Part shown: in pieces, positions 45,701-56,032 of the stretch
How positions within the stretch are numbered: position 1 is the first letter of the stretch
How the letters are laid out: the number at the start of each line of letters is the position of its first letter
Assembly: GCA_029287915.1 (NCBI GenBank)
Contig: JARFQE010000029.1
Coordinates: forward strand, 7,245 to 71,244
Direction of reading: 5' to 3'
Source: Arenicellales bacterium
GTDB taxonomy: Bacteria; Pseudomonadota; Gammaproteobacteria; BMS3Bbin11
DNA length: 64,000 nt
The notes under the pieces: generated by a model
Seen by the model: only the letters and a program-made list of their open reading frames with translations
Told to the model about the DNA's origin: nothing
Databases searched by the model: none
Translations under genes and position numbers: made by a program

Positions 45701-48695
45701 ACATCTTGATGATCTGTTAATTGAGCTGAATAAAAGTCGCGATCATCAGGAACCAGAAGTCACAGAAGTGATGCACAGGCTGATTCATACACTTCGTGGG
45801 AGTGCTCGATCAGTGGGTTTTGATTTGGTCGCTGATACCTATGAATCTGTAGAAAATTTACTAGATGGACTGAGTGCAAGAAGCCTTGATCTAACGAAGG
45901 AAGATATTGATATTATTCAAATAGCCCATGACCTGGGCATGCAGCTGCTTGAATCAGTACGGCAGCCGCATGCACTGGAAGATCATTTACTTGCAGGCAT
46001 GGGTGAACTCTCAGCTATTTGTAATAAACGACTTGTTAACCTGCCTAATCCACAGATGCATGATGGCACAATCGAGATGCCACGTTATCTCAGTGTGGAA
46101 GAAATAGCGGAGATAACTAAATCTGCAGAGTCAGCACAAGAACAGGTGGCTGAAGTCATTGACGAAGAAGTTGCTGAGGAAGTTGTCGAGGAAGTTGCCG
46201 AGGAAGTCGCTGAGGAAGTTGCCGAGGAAGAACCGCTTGATGAGCTGGTCGAAATCTTTCGTGAAGAAGCTGAAGATTTATTGTCACGCTTCCATGAGAC
46301 ACTGGATAACTGGCGCAACGACCCGGGCAATACTGAAGCCAGCAGTGAATTAAAACGTATCTTTCATACCATCAAAGGCAGCGCCAGGATGACCGGGATC
46401 AGCAAAATCGGTGACCTGGCCCACAATACTGAATCGATACTTGAGCAGGCGGAGCGTGCAGACAATAACATCGATGAGTCCTTATTTGAGCTGATTGAGG
46501 AAGTGCATGACACCCTGCAAATGATGGTCGAGAATCCCGCCAGCAGTAAATTTGATAACCAGGCAGTTGAAATGAATCAACGTGTGCTGAACCATTTCTC
46601 CACGGCTCAGGATGAGCAGGCCGAGGAAGTTGTCACAGAGTCAGAAGTACCAGCTGTCGGTACAGCAGATGAGCTTGCACAGATAGATGAGGATGCAGTG
46701 GAAGAGGTTTCAGCTGCACTGATTGAAGCTGAGGAATATACAAAAGAAAAGGTAGCCAGCACGGCAGAAGCTAAATCCGAAACAGCACTTGCAACAGAGA
46801 AGAAAAGTGCTGTACCTGTGGTGGAGATTAAGAAAACTGGTGCTGCCAAACAGACATTGGTCAGGGTAGATTCGAAATTACTGGGAACACTGGCTAACTA
46901 TGCTGGTGAAGTAAGTATCGCACGATCACGGATTCAACAGCAGGTTTCGAACTTCAAGGAAAATCTATCTGAGTTACATAACAATATTGAGCGATTTCAT
47001 ACACAGATACGTGAGCTCGAAATTCAGGCCGATAGTCAAATTCTGTCTGGCACTGGAGCTACCTTTAATGAGAATGATGAAGACTTTGATCCTCTTGAAT
47101 TTGACCGCTATACGCAATTACAGTTTCTGTCCAGAAACCTGGCCGAGTCTCTGAATGATCTAGTGATGATCCAGACAGGAATGGACAACTTTGCCGGTGA
47201 TGTCGAGATGTTGCTTCATGAACAATCTCGCTTGAATACTGATCTGCAGGAAGGCTTGACCCAGACAAGGATGGTAGCATTCTCGACCCTGATGCCAAGA
47301 CTAAGGCAACTGACAAGAAAAACATCACGTGAATTGTCCAAGCCAGTTGACCTTGAGCTAGAAGGTGGAGAAGTAGAGCTGGATAGAAATGTGATTGATC
47401 AGGTTGTTCCTCCATTGGAACATCTGATTCGAAACTCAATTTCTCATGGTATCGAAAGTGCTAGCGATAGAGAGAAGCAGGGCAAATCAAAAAAGGGTCT
47501 GCTGAAGCTTGATATCACTCGCGAAGGTAAAGACATTATTATAGGTTTTTCTGATGATGGCCGGGGCCTGGATCTAGAAAAAATTCGTAGCAAGGCTGAA
47601 CAGAGGGGTCTAATTGACCGAGGAATGAATCCTTCAGATGATCATCTGGCCAATCTTATTTTTGTGCCAGGATTTTCAACTGCTGACAGTATTACCCAGG
47701 TTTCAGGTCGAGGGGTAGGCATGGATGTGGTTCAAAGTGAGCTCAAGCAAGTCGGTGGATCTGTTTCTCTAACTACTGAAAAAAACAACGGAACACGTTT
47801 TAGTATCAGATTGCCATTATCAATGACAGTTGCCCAGGCAATGATTATTGCTTCGGGTGGACAACGCTTTGCAGTGCCATTAATGTCAATAATGTCCATC
47901 ACTATAGTCCTTAGAAGTAGAATTGTTACTGACTCGGACGGTGAGCGAAGCGTCTCAATTGGTGATAACACCTATCCATACATCTCGCTGGCTGAGCGGC
48001 TTGGTCTGCTGTCGCAACTGGAAGATGATAATAAAACGCCTGCTTTAATAATGAATTCTGCCACCGGTCCTATAGTGGTAGGTGTAGATGAGCTAATCCA
48101 TGCTACTGAAATCGTTGTCAAGCCTGTTGGTATTCAAGTTGCGTCTCTTGATGGTATTGAAGGGGCAACGGTAATGAGTAATGGTGACGTTGCTCTTATT
48201 CTTGACATGGTTGATTTATGGAATACCCGCCATATAGAGAGGGAAGAGATTGATCAGAGCAGCCTGGTAGCCAAACTTGAAGAAGAAATCAGCCCGGCAA
48301 CAATAATGGTTGTAGATGATTCATTGACGGTTCGACGTGTAACAGAGCGAAACCTGAGTAAGTATGGTATCACCACATTACTGGCATCTGATGGTGTAGA
48401 TGCAATGGAAAAGCTATCAGATGAGATACCTGATGCTATGCTCGTTGATATTGAAATGCCGCGAATGGACGGTTTTGAGCTAACTGAACGCGTTAGAGAC
48501 GACCCCGCCTACAAAGATATTCCTATAATCATAATTACTTCACGTTCTGGTCCTAAGCATCGTGAAAGAGCAATGGCGCTTGGAGCAACACTTTATTTGA
48601 CCAAACCATATCAGGAGCTGGAATTAATGAACGCTATCAATTCGGTGCTGCCGCTAGAAAGCTCTCGCAAGATAAGCGCAATGATGAAGGCCTGA
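42783..48695 (+). CDS. chpA: Chemosensory histidine kinase ChpA (multi-Hpt, HATPase, CheW, receiver)
   Basis: Multiple Hpt motifs (HQVSG, HQIEG, HTLKG, HTLRG, HTIKG), EHLIRNSISHGIE, DDGRG, SGRGVGMD, C-terminal receiver VDIEMP. Confidence 0.95.
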   Translation: MSRVDPSTFSWVKDEIDESIKQARLSLEAYSSSTDDSSQMRMAVAFLHQVSGTLQIVELDGAARLVNELELVCEGLIDESIQATEEILDSLSRGVLSLSTYVSQLHAGYPDSIVALTPLINELRTARGADLVDEYELFNPELDIYPEFKGDRPARLSDDDFKAEAIQARNQLLATMVSWFAQKDEAQSLSTILLLFTHLKNISRFDVTSQLWWVATALTEALRDGGLNSTDKETRRFFATLEQELKRIIEKGESALVKSPHESLLKRMLFKIGKAESHGPVVTELVNAFALDEQISGKPSGDVVEIFEATSPEVLQPIMKALAEELSGAQDHLNDYFESNDPATKSIEPLLSSLDKTRGAVDVINKNKLRDLVEEISNAAQAYDAGNLVINNNVALNLAEGLLTLENACNELDDPASDWEEKVDRAISDLYWIRTGEQPNIAATSAVDGIDIDEEGTLTDVEFSQLVKVVASEIATNLVDVVEKFEKYSLNMHLNEILKSVPEKLHQIEGALQILERERAIELVLLISEQVASMAEGRIKPSTEHVESTALAISAIESYAEALQHDQSTSELVIERAMEELLRTAPSDISDRPTALARVRHIRSEADKWLRNPEDELFLATLRKDMAAIVALAKINKDAKLEKIADEVSNLVNMLSDDPEYLTDDVMSTFHKSLLILESLTIKLPAEASLAEKADNLEVELDAVETPSIDSGLGIELEELIEPEKDSGATLEDSIVEDELVSDELEAEEPVVSEPVVSEEEERKPAVFDDEILDIFLEEAREIANSGKDLLQKWKSDTANEDALVDLRRSFHTLKGSGRMSGAVEFGEFAWSLEELLNNVIAGKLEPNDQMFALLDEALGKLPSMLDDLERHDESNIDVPYWQTYVAKAGSAEDQVTEISIDKEEKEEGDSEIEEIEALLDDEIDIHEEDEDLFETEDISPDAESEETETIHGLPPPLQSAVVRDIYATEINKHLDDLLIELNKSRDHQEPEVTEVMHRLIHTLRGSARSVGFDLVADTYESVENLLDGLSARSLDLTKEDIDIIQIAHDLGMQLLESVRQPHALEDHLLAGMGELSAICNKRLVNLPNPQMHDGTIEMPRYLSVEEIAEITKSAESAQEQVAEVIDEEVAEEVVEEVAEEVAEEVAEEEPLDELVEIFREEAEDLLSRFHETLDNWRNDPGNTEASSELKRIFHTIKGSARMTGISKIGDLAHNTESILEQAERADNNIDESLFELIEEVHDTLQMMVENPASSKFDNQAVEMNQRVLNHFSTAQDEQAEEVVTESEVPAVGTADELAQIDEDAVEEVSAALIEAEEYTKEKVASTAEAKSETALATEKKSAVPVVEIKKTGAAKQTLVRVDSKLLGTLANYAGEVSIARSRIQQQVSNFKENLSELHNNIERFHTQIRELEIQADSQILSGTGATFNENDEDFDPLEFDRYTQLQFLSRNLAESLNDLVMIQTGMDNFAGDVEMLLHEQSRLNTDLQEGLTQTRMVAFSTLMPRLRQLTRKTSRELSKPVDLELEGGEVELDRNVIDQVVPPLEHLIRNSISHGIESASDREKQGKSKKGLLKLDITREGKDIIIGFSDDGRGLDLEKIRSKAEQRGLIDRGMNPSDDHLANLIFVPGFSTADSITQVSGRGVGMDVVQSELKQVGGSVSLTTEKNNGTRFSIRLPLSMTVAQAMIIASGGQRFAVPLMSIMSITIVLRSRIVTDSDGERSVSIGDNTYPYISLAERLGLLSQLEDDNKTPALIMNSATGPIVVGVDELIHATEIVVKPVGIQVASLDGIEGATVMSNGDVALILDMVDLWNTRHIEREEIDQSSLVAKLEEEISPATIMVVDDSLTVRRVTERNLSKYGITTLLASDGVDAMEKLSDEIPDAMLVDIEMPRMDGFELTERVRDDPAYKDIPIIIITSRSGPKHRERAMALGATLYLTKPYQELELMNAINSVLPLESSRKISAMMKA
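45027..45056 (+). repeat. 15-nt tandem duplication in chpA linker (EPVVS x2)
   Basis: GAGCCTGTAGTTAGT GAACCTGTAGTTAGT. Confidence 0.9.
46164..46223 (+). repeat. 12-nt tandem repeat x5 in chpA linker (EEVA-like)
   Basis: GAAGAAGTTGCT GAGGAAGTTGTC GAGGAAGTTGCC GAGGAAGTCGCT GAGGAAGTTGCC. Confidence 0.92.
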
Positions 48696-48721
48696 CAAAA
48701 GATACAAGAGGGGAGCAGTAA

Positions 48722-49165
48722 ATGGTAGAAAAAACATTACAGCCGGTACGTTGTCTAGTTGTGCCGGCAGAACACGGTTTTCTGGTTATACCCAGTGCTG
48801 CAGTAGCAGAAATTGTTCCACTGTCGCTCAATGAGGGTGAGGCTGAAGGCGATTTGCTCGGGCATATGCCCTGGCGCGGCATTCAGGTTCCTGTATATTC
48901 TATGGAAGGGCTCTCGGGTCTCAATACACCGGATTTTAGCAAGCGCAGTAAGGCGTTAATTTTCTATCCATGGAAAGGGGCGGATAAAAATATGTTTTTT
49001 GCTATTGCAACATTGCATGACCCACGCCCCAGGTTGCTATCAAGTAATGATATTCAGGCAAGTGATGATGATCAGGCAGAAAGTGAATTTATTAGTGCAA
49101 GCTTTCTTTATGACGGTGAGCTTGCTTTCATCCCTGACCTTCAGGCAATCTCCCAACAGCTTTAA
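48722..49165 (+). CDS. chpC: CheW-like protein ChpC
   Basis: L.IPSAAVAEIV, LLG...WRG..VPV.S.E; follows chpA. Confidence 0.8.
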   Translation: MVEKTLQPVRCLVVPAEHGFLVIPSAAVAEIVPLSLNEGEAEGDLLGHMPWRGIQVPVYSMEGLSGLNTPDFSKRSKALIFYPWKGADKNMFFAIATLHDPRPRLLSSNDIQASDDDQAESEFISASFLYDGELAFIPDLQAISQQL

Positions 49166-49299
49166 CCCGCCCATTCTGTGCTGCTTGTTATGAGCACTCG
49201 CGGGTGTTGTTGATACTGTCGATACCCCACAGTGCAATCTAATGCATTGAGCTTAATTGTCTTTTCTTATTGTCCAGTACGACAGAAGGTAGCGGTTCA

Positions 49300-49649
49300 A
49301 GGATGTTACCGAGGAAGAGCCGCTCGATGAACTGGTCGATATCTTTCGTGAAGAAGCTGAAGATTGATTGTCACGCTTCCATAAGACACTGGACAACTGG
49401 CGCAATGATCCGGGGAAGACTGCAGCCAGCAGTGAATTAAAACGTATCTTTCATACCATCAAAGGCAGCGCCAGGGTGAGCGGGATCAGGCAAATCGGTG
49501 GACCTTGCCCACCATACTGAATCGATACTTGAGTAGGCGGAGCGTGCAGACAATAGTCTAGAATCCTGCCAGCAGTAAATTTGATAGCCAGGCAGTTGAA
49601 ATGAATCAGCATGTGCTGAAGCATTTCTCCACGGCACAGAATGAGCAGG
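49300..49649 (+). pseudogene. Degenerate duplicate of the last chpA Hpt domain (chpA 46213-46620)
   Basis: Hand alignment: about 29 substitutions in about 349 nt, stops at 49365, 49534 and 49559, a +1 G at about 49500, and a 59-nt deletion relative to chpA 46468-46526. Confidence 0.92.
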
Positions 49650-49931
49650 TTGCGGCAGTAGCCGAGGTAGTCGCCGAGAAAATCAACGAATACGGTAATC
49701 GCCTGAGTCTCGCACTACCGTAGTTCGTCCTTTCCTGGTTTGGTTCGTAATGCGTGCCAGATCCTGCTGCACCTTCTTAATGAACGCTGTGTGCTTCACA
49801 GTTTAGATATGTCGGGATACTTTGTAACAAAACAGGGAAGGAACATACGAGGAAGAGTTAGATAATTCTGTTCCATCGACAGTAATAAAAAACAAAATGG
49901 TCATACCCAGGATTACTTGGAATCCATTAAC

Positions 49932-49964
49932 AAAAAAAACCCCATAAGGATAATCCTTATGGGG
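49932..49964 (-). terminator. Rho-independent terminator of the PhnD-like gene
   Basis: CCCCATAAGG/CCTTATGGGG stem followed by U8 on the minus strand. Confidence 0.85.
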
Positions 49965-50095
49965 TGTTTAATGGAATGGATCACTTATTATCCATTCTTT
50001 TCAGCTACCCTCTTTATAGTTATTACCCCCCCCTGGAATAATAGTTTCTTTGTTATTAAAAAATCTTTTTTTTTCGATTTTTCAAGGTTCTGTAA

Positions 50096-50980
50096 TCAAT
50101 CGTTTACTACAACCTGTATATTTAAAAAGTCATCAAGGAGTTTGGCATAGCCAAAAAAATCTTTATTACTTGTCTTTTCAAATGGGTTCAGCTTCGTCTC
50201 GCTGAGCATCTTTTTGCCTTCCGGGGTCTTGTCTGCTTCGAGTAGACCCTTAACAAGCTTTTCCCTGATATCAGCGGTAACATTGGGCGATACTGACATA
50301 CCCATGCTGGGTATTGGTTCAGTTGTTGTGACAACTGAAATGCCACCTTCGTTAGCCATTATTCCACTGACCAGTGGTGTTGGAATCATGCCGGCATCAA
50401 CATTTCCATCACGCAACATTTTTATAACGCCCTGAGAATTATTGGCTTCTACAATGGTAGGCTGGCGTACTGGGTTGTTATACATCTCATCGATGTTGAC
50501 AGCTGCAACGCTTGGTGGGCCGAGTGTCGATATTTTCTTTCCTATTAATTCTTCAGGTTCGAACACCAGGGCATCTTCTGAAACAATTAGAGAGATACTG
50601 ACGCTGCCAGGTTGCTTGGCAAATGTCGTGAAATCGTGGTTCTTGTTGCGATAGTCGATAAAGTGTGCGGCATCGAAAACAATATCATATTTGTCGCCTT
50701 TCTGAGTATCAGTCCAGAACGAGAGGAAATTTGGATAGGTCACAAGTTCTACCTTCCGTCCCGTCAGATGCTCAATATAATCCGCCATGGGTTGAAATAT
50801 TTCTCGCGTCCGTTGTTCTGACTGAATTGGTTGAATGCTCAACCTCAGGGTTTCCTGTGCAAATGCAGCTTTAGGTAGTAAAGTTACAAAGGCTATAGTG
50901 ATAGAGAAGGCGACAATCAGCAGAATATTACTAACTTCTGAAGCCTTCCGTGACATGGTGTTAATGGTTAAGTTAAACAT
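50096..50980 (-). CDS. Phosphate/phosphite/phosphonate-type periplasmic binding protein (PhnD-like), stand-alone
   Basis: Signal peptide, LSIQP.QS...T...FQP..DY, L.GKKI.T, D...DAG, SMG.SV.P.V...IRE.L...LL. Start may be MSRKAS. Confidence 0.7.
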   Translation of the reverse strand: MFNLTINTMSRKASEVSNILLIVAFSITIAFVTLLPKAAFAQETLRLSIQPIQSEQRTREIFQPMADYIEHLTGRKVELVTYPNFLSFWTDTQKGDKYDIVFDAAHFIDYRNKNHDFTTFAKQPGSVSISLIVSEDALVFEPEELIGKKISTLGPPSVAAVNIDEMYNNPVRQPTIVEANNSQGVIKMLRDGNVDAGMIPTPLVSGIMANEGGISVVTTTEPIPSMGMSVSPNVTADIREKLVKGLLEADKTPEGKKMLSETKLNPFEKTSNKDFFGYAKLLDDFLNIQVVVND

Positions 50981-51478
50981 TTTTTTTCCCTACATATATG
51001 AATAGAAATATTTTATCCATGCTATGTCCATTTGTTATGAACAAGCTCCGTTTATCTATAAAGGTAGACCACTAATCTGCAAAATCAAGCCACTTGTCAA
51101 AAAAATTCCGAAGTATTTTTGTTGTGCCTGTACAACGTTTTATGAAGGCTCATTAATTAATAGAGTGCTATTAGTTATTGCTGGGAAATTTCTGTTTCTT
51201 TTTAGCAACATTGGCATGGTGGAATGTTACATAATTGACCGTCATCAAAACCACATTGATCGCTAAGAGGCCTCTCCTGATATAGCAAGTCAAGTTGTTA
51301 GCGAACCCGGTTGATCAAAAGAAGAAAGAATTTCTCTATTGCTGAAAACATCGAAGTAAGGGAAAATAGAGCGTTTATGCACCCAAAAATATTTGCTTTT
51401 TCGGCTATCAGGATTTCAATTACCCGCTAAAGCAACGGGGGAGCCAGCAAGAATCAACAATTACCAAGAGGAAGTCCC

Positions 51479-53476
51479 ATGTCAGCAACTAACGATCGAC
51501 GCAAACTTGCTAACGCCATACGTGCCCTGGCCATGGATGCCGTGCAAAAAGCAAACTCTGGCCATCCGGGTGCCCCCATGGGCATGGCAGATATAGCAGA
51601 AGTTCTCTATAACGATTACATGAAACACAACCCGGACAATCCTGAGTGGGTTGACCGTGATCGCTTTATTATGTCAAACGGACATGGCTCAATGCTGCCT
51701 TATTCAGTTCTGCACCTGACTGGTTACGATCTGACTATTGATGACCTGAAGGCGTTTCGTCAGCTTCATTCAAAAACTCCGGGTCATCCTGAATACGGTT
51801 ATGCGCCCGGTATTGAAACTACCACAGGGCCACTTGGACAGGGCATATCAAACGGTGTTGGCATGGCCATAGCTGAAAAAGCCCTGGCTGCGCGCTTTAA
51901 TCGCGATGGCCACGAAGTCGTAGATCATTATACTTATGTTTTCCTCGGTGATGGCTGTCTGATGGAAGGAATTTCACACGAAGCCTGCTCACTGGCCGGT
52001 ACCTTGGGTCTGGGCAAGCTGATTGCTTTCTATGATGATAACAATATCTCTATCGATGGCGAGGTGGAAGGCTGGTTTACTGATCATACTCCACAGCGCT
52101 TTGATGCTTATGGCTGGCATGTTGTAAAAGATGTCGATGGCCATGATGCCAATGCAGTAAAGTCTGCTGTCGAAGAGGCACGTGCTGTAGCAGATAAGCC
52201 TTCATTGATCTGCTGCAAAACAACGATTGGTTACGGCTCACCTAACAAGGGTGGCAAGGAAGACTGTCACGGAGCACCGCTTGGTGATGAAGAAATCGTG
52301 TTGACTCGTAAGGCTCTTGGCTGGGAACACGATCCTTTCGAGATACCCGATGATATCTATGCAGGGTGGAGTGCAAAGGACAAAGGTGCTGCTGCCGAAT
52401 CAGCATGGAATGAAAAGTTTGCAGCCTATAAAGCAGCTCATCCAGATCTTGCAGTAGAATTCGAGCGCCGCACATCAGGCAAATTGGTTGATGGCTGGAA
52501 TGAAAAGGCCGATGCATTTATTGCTGAAGTAAATAATAAAGCTGAATCCATTGCTTCTCGTAAAGCTTCACAGAATACGATTGCGGGTTTCTTCCCCTTT
52601 ACTCCCGAATTCATTGGTGGGTCAGCCGACCTGGCGGGCTCCAACCTGACCTTTGTTGATGATTCAGTTTCCATGCGTCATGATATTGCTGATGCCAACT
52701 ATATCAACTACGGTGTACGTGAGTTTGGTATGACAGCCATTATTAATGGTATTGCTCTACATGGTGGTTTTGTCCCATACGGTGGCACCTTTCTGATGTT
52801 TTCAGAGTATTCACGTAATGCGCTACGTATGGCTGCCCTGATGAAGGTGCAGAATATTCAGGTCTTTACGCATGATTCAATTGGTCTGGGTGAAGATGGC
52901 CCAACTCATCAACCGGTAGAGCAGATTGCGACACTGCGTATGATGCCGAATATGACTGTTTGGCGTCCATGTGATGCGGTAGAGTCTGCTGTTTCCTGGA
53001 AAGCAGCTGTGCTGAACAGAACCGGTCCGACTTCTCTGATATTCTCACGACAGAACCTGGATCATCAAAATCGTAGCGCCGAGCAGCTTCGGAATATCGA
53101 AAAAGGTGGATATGTAATTCGTGATTGTGACGGTACTCCGGACGCAATCATCATCGCGACAGGATCTGAGGTTAGCCTGGCGATAGCAGCAGCTGAAGCA
53201 CTGTCTGGTAATAAAATTCAAGTTGTTTCGATGCCCTGCACCAGTGTCTTTGACGCACAGGATGAAGCCTATCGTGAGTCCGTTTTGCCTTCAGCTGTCA
53301 GAGCACGTGTCGCAGTTGAAGCGGGAGTGACAGATTTCTGGCTCAAGTATGTCGGTTTCGATGGCAAGGTCATCGGGATTGACAGGTTTGGCGAGTCTGC
53401 ACCTGCCGGTGAGCTGTTCAAGGAGTTTGGCTTTACCGTTGACAACGTAGTCAGCGCAGTGGAATCCATCCTCTAG
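51479..53476 (+). CDS. tkt: Transketolase
   Basis: [48 protein letters not shown]. Confidence 0.97.
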   Translation: MSATNDRRKLANAIRALAMDAVQKANSGHPGAPMGMADIAEVLYNDYMKHNPDNPEWVDRDRFIMSNGHGSMLPYSVLHLTGYDLTIDDLKAFRQLHSKTPGHPEYGYAPGIETTTGPLGQGISNGVGMAIAEKALAARFNRDGHEVVDHYTYVFLGDGCLMEGISHEACSLAGTLGLGKLIAFYDDNNISIDGEVEGWFTDHTPQRFDAYGWHVVKDVDGHDANAVKSAVEEARAVADKPSLICCKTTIGYGSPNKGGKEDCHGAPLGDEEIVLTRKALGWEHDPFEIPDDIYAGWSAKDKGAAAESAWNEKFAAYKAAHPDLAVEFERRTSGKLVDGWNEKADAFIAEVNNKAESIASRKASQNTIAGFFPFTPEFIGGSADLAGSNLTFVDDSVSMRHDIADANYINYGVREFGMTAIINGIALHGGFVPYGGTFLMFSEYSRNALRMAALMKVQNIQVFTHDSIGLGEDGPTHQPVEQIATLRMMPNMTVWRPCDAVESAVSWKAAVLNRTGPTSLIFSRQNLDHQNRSAEQLRNIEKGGYVIRDCDGTPDAIIIATGSEVSLAIAAAEALSGNKIQVVSMPCTSVFDAQDEAYRESVLPSAVRARVAVEAGVTDFWLKYVGFDGKVIGIDRFGESAPAGELFKEFGFTVDNVVSAVESIL

Positions 53477-53593
53477 CGAGTCAGCTGTAAACAGCCGTTG
53501 GATGAATTATCTATTCTTCAGCCGTTTACATAATTCACTTAAAAATTTTACATATTTATTTACAGAATTTATTTTTCTATCAGGAGTATTTAG

Positions 53594-54595
<1,002 letters not shown>

Positions 54596-54611
54596 TCGCT
54601 AGTACTCTAAT

Positions 54612-54645
54612 GCAACAGGGTGGGCGAGCCCACCCTGTTGCTTTT
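54612..54645 (+). terminator. Rho-independent terminator between gap and pgk
   Basis: Perfect 13-bp stem GCAACAGGGTGGG-CGAG-CCCACCCTGTTGC followed by TTTTATT. Confidence 0.85.
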
Positions 54646-54763
54646 ATTATCTGTATTTAAGTTGTTTGTTAAATGTGTTTTTTTATGAATTAAGCGTTCA
54701 TTTAAATAAATATTTAACAAATTATTTCTAGAATATTGAATTGCGCTTATTAAGGAGTTTTTT

Positions 54764-55948
54764 ATGTCTATTAGCAGGATGACTGATCTCGATCTGGCCG
54801 GAAAGCGTTTACTAATACGCCAGGATTTGAATGTGCCTATCAAAGACGCTAAGGTCAGTTCTGACAAACGTATCCGTGCTTCATTACCTACCATTGAGCA
54901 CTGCATAAATGCTGGTGCACGTGTCATGTTAATGTCACATCTCGGCCGCCCTACAGAAGGCGAGCCTGCTGATGAATTTTCCATGCAGCCTGTTGCAGAC
55001 CATCTATCTGGTCTGTTAGGCAAGGATGTGAGATTGATTAAAGACTACCTGGACAAATCTCCTGAACTTGAAGATGGTGATGTCGTTCTGCTGGAAAACT
55101 GTCGTTTCAATGCTGGCGAAAAGAAAAATGATGATGCCCTGGCAAAGAAATATGCATCACTGTGTGATATTTATGTCATGGATGCCTTTGGTACAGCACA
55201 CCGTGCACAGGCGTCGACTTATGGTGCTGGCGTATTTGCCCCAGTCGCATGTGCGGGGCCATTGCTGGCTGGTGAACTGGAAGCGCTGAGTAAGGCACTA
55301 GATGATCCTGCTCGACCAATGGCTGCGATCGTTGGTGGCTCCAAGGTGTCAACAAAATTAACCGTACTGGATTCGCTTTCAGGTGTTGTAGATCAATTAA
55401 TTCCGGGTGGTGGTATTGCCAATACCTTTATTGCCGCTAGTGGCTTCAATGTCGGCAAATCACTGTATGAACAAGACCTGATACCGGAAGCGAAGCGCCT
55501 GATGGAAGCAGCAAAAGCCAAGGGTGGAGAAATACCCGTACCGACTGATGTCGTGGTTGGTACAGAATTTTCAGAAAATGCTGTAGCGACGGTTAAAAAA
55601 GTTGACGATGTCGCTGACGATGACATGATTTTCGACATTGGACCAGAAACGGCTGAACGTTTCGGCGCCATGATGAAAGAAGCAGGAACTATAGTCTGGA
55701 ATGGCCCGGTCGGGGTATTTGAATTCGATCAGTTCGGTGAAGGAACCAAAACGTTAGGATTGGCTATCGCCGAATCTAATGCTTTTTCAATTGCTGGTGG
55801 TGGTGACACCCTGGCCGCTGTTGATAAATACAATATAGCTGATAAAGTCTCTTATATTTCAACGGGCGGTGGCGCTTTTCTGGAATTTCTTGAAGGCAAG
55901 AAACTGCCTGCTGTGGAAATGTTGGAAAATAAGTCACAAGATAGTTGA
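54764..55948 (+). CDS. pgk: Phosphoglycerate kinase
   Basis: [47 protein letters not shown]. Confidence 0.97.
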   Translation: MSISRMTDLDLAGKRLLIRQDLNVPIKDAKVSSDKRIRASLPTIEHCINAGARVMLMSHLGRPTEGEPADEFSMQPVADHLSGLLGKDVRLIKDYLDKSPELEDGDVVLLENCRFNAGEKKNDDALAKKYASLCDIYVMDAFGTAHRAQASTYGAGVFAPVACAGPLLAGELEALSKALDDPARPMAAIVGGSKVSTKLTVLDSLSGVVDQLIPGGGIANTFIAASGFNVGKSLYEQDLIPEAKRLMEAAKAKGGEIPVPTDVVVGTEFSENAVATVKKVDDVADDDMIFDIGPETAERFGAMMKEAGTIVWNGPVGVFEFDQFGEGTKTLGLAIAESNAFSIAGGGDTLAAVDKYNIADKVSYISTGGGAFLEFLEGKKLPAVEMLENKSQDS

Positions 55949-56032
55949 TAAGGCTGTAGATTTTATGCGGCAAGAAATTATATGCCGAATGGCACAGTTA
56001 CAATATAAATAATTATACAGGTCATTAAATAG

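Noticed and set aside
46164-46223. 12-nt repeats as a CRISPR array or phase-variation tract
   Set aside because: No spacers, in-frame unit length, no cas genes; it is a coding linker repeat.
49290-49302. GGTTCAA resembling a tRNA T-loop (possible att site) at the edge of the chpA copy
   Set aside because: No cloverleaf or acceptor stem, and no integrase nearby.
49415-49475. A roughly 52-nt perfectly identical block around the phospho-His codon in the copy as evidence of selection or recent conversion
   Set aside because: At about 8% divergence over about 350 nt a run this long is not improbable (rough expectation about 0.3-0.4 runs).
49300-49649. The chpA copy as the template repeat of a diversity-generating retroelement
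   Set aside because: Differences involve all four bases rather than being adenine-specific, there are indels, and no reverse transcriptase occurs in the window.
49917-50150. 77-aa plus-strand ORF
   Set aside because: It runs across the terminator hairpin and homopolymer tracts and overlaps the PhnD-like gene end; low-complexity sequence.
51024-51266. 80-aa ORF in the PhnD-like/tkt spacer
   Set aside because: No clear RBS or motif; lies in an AT-rich divergent promoter region; cannot be supported.
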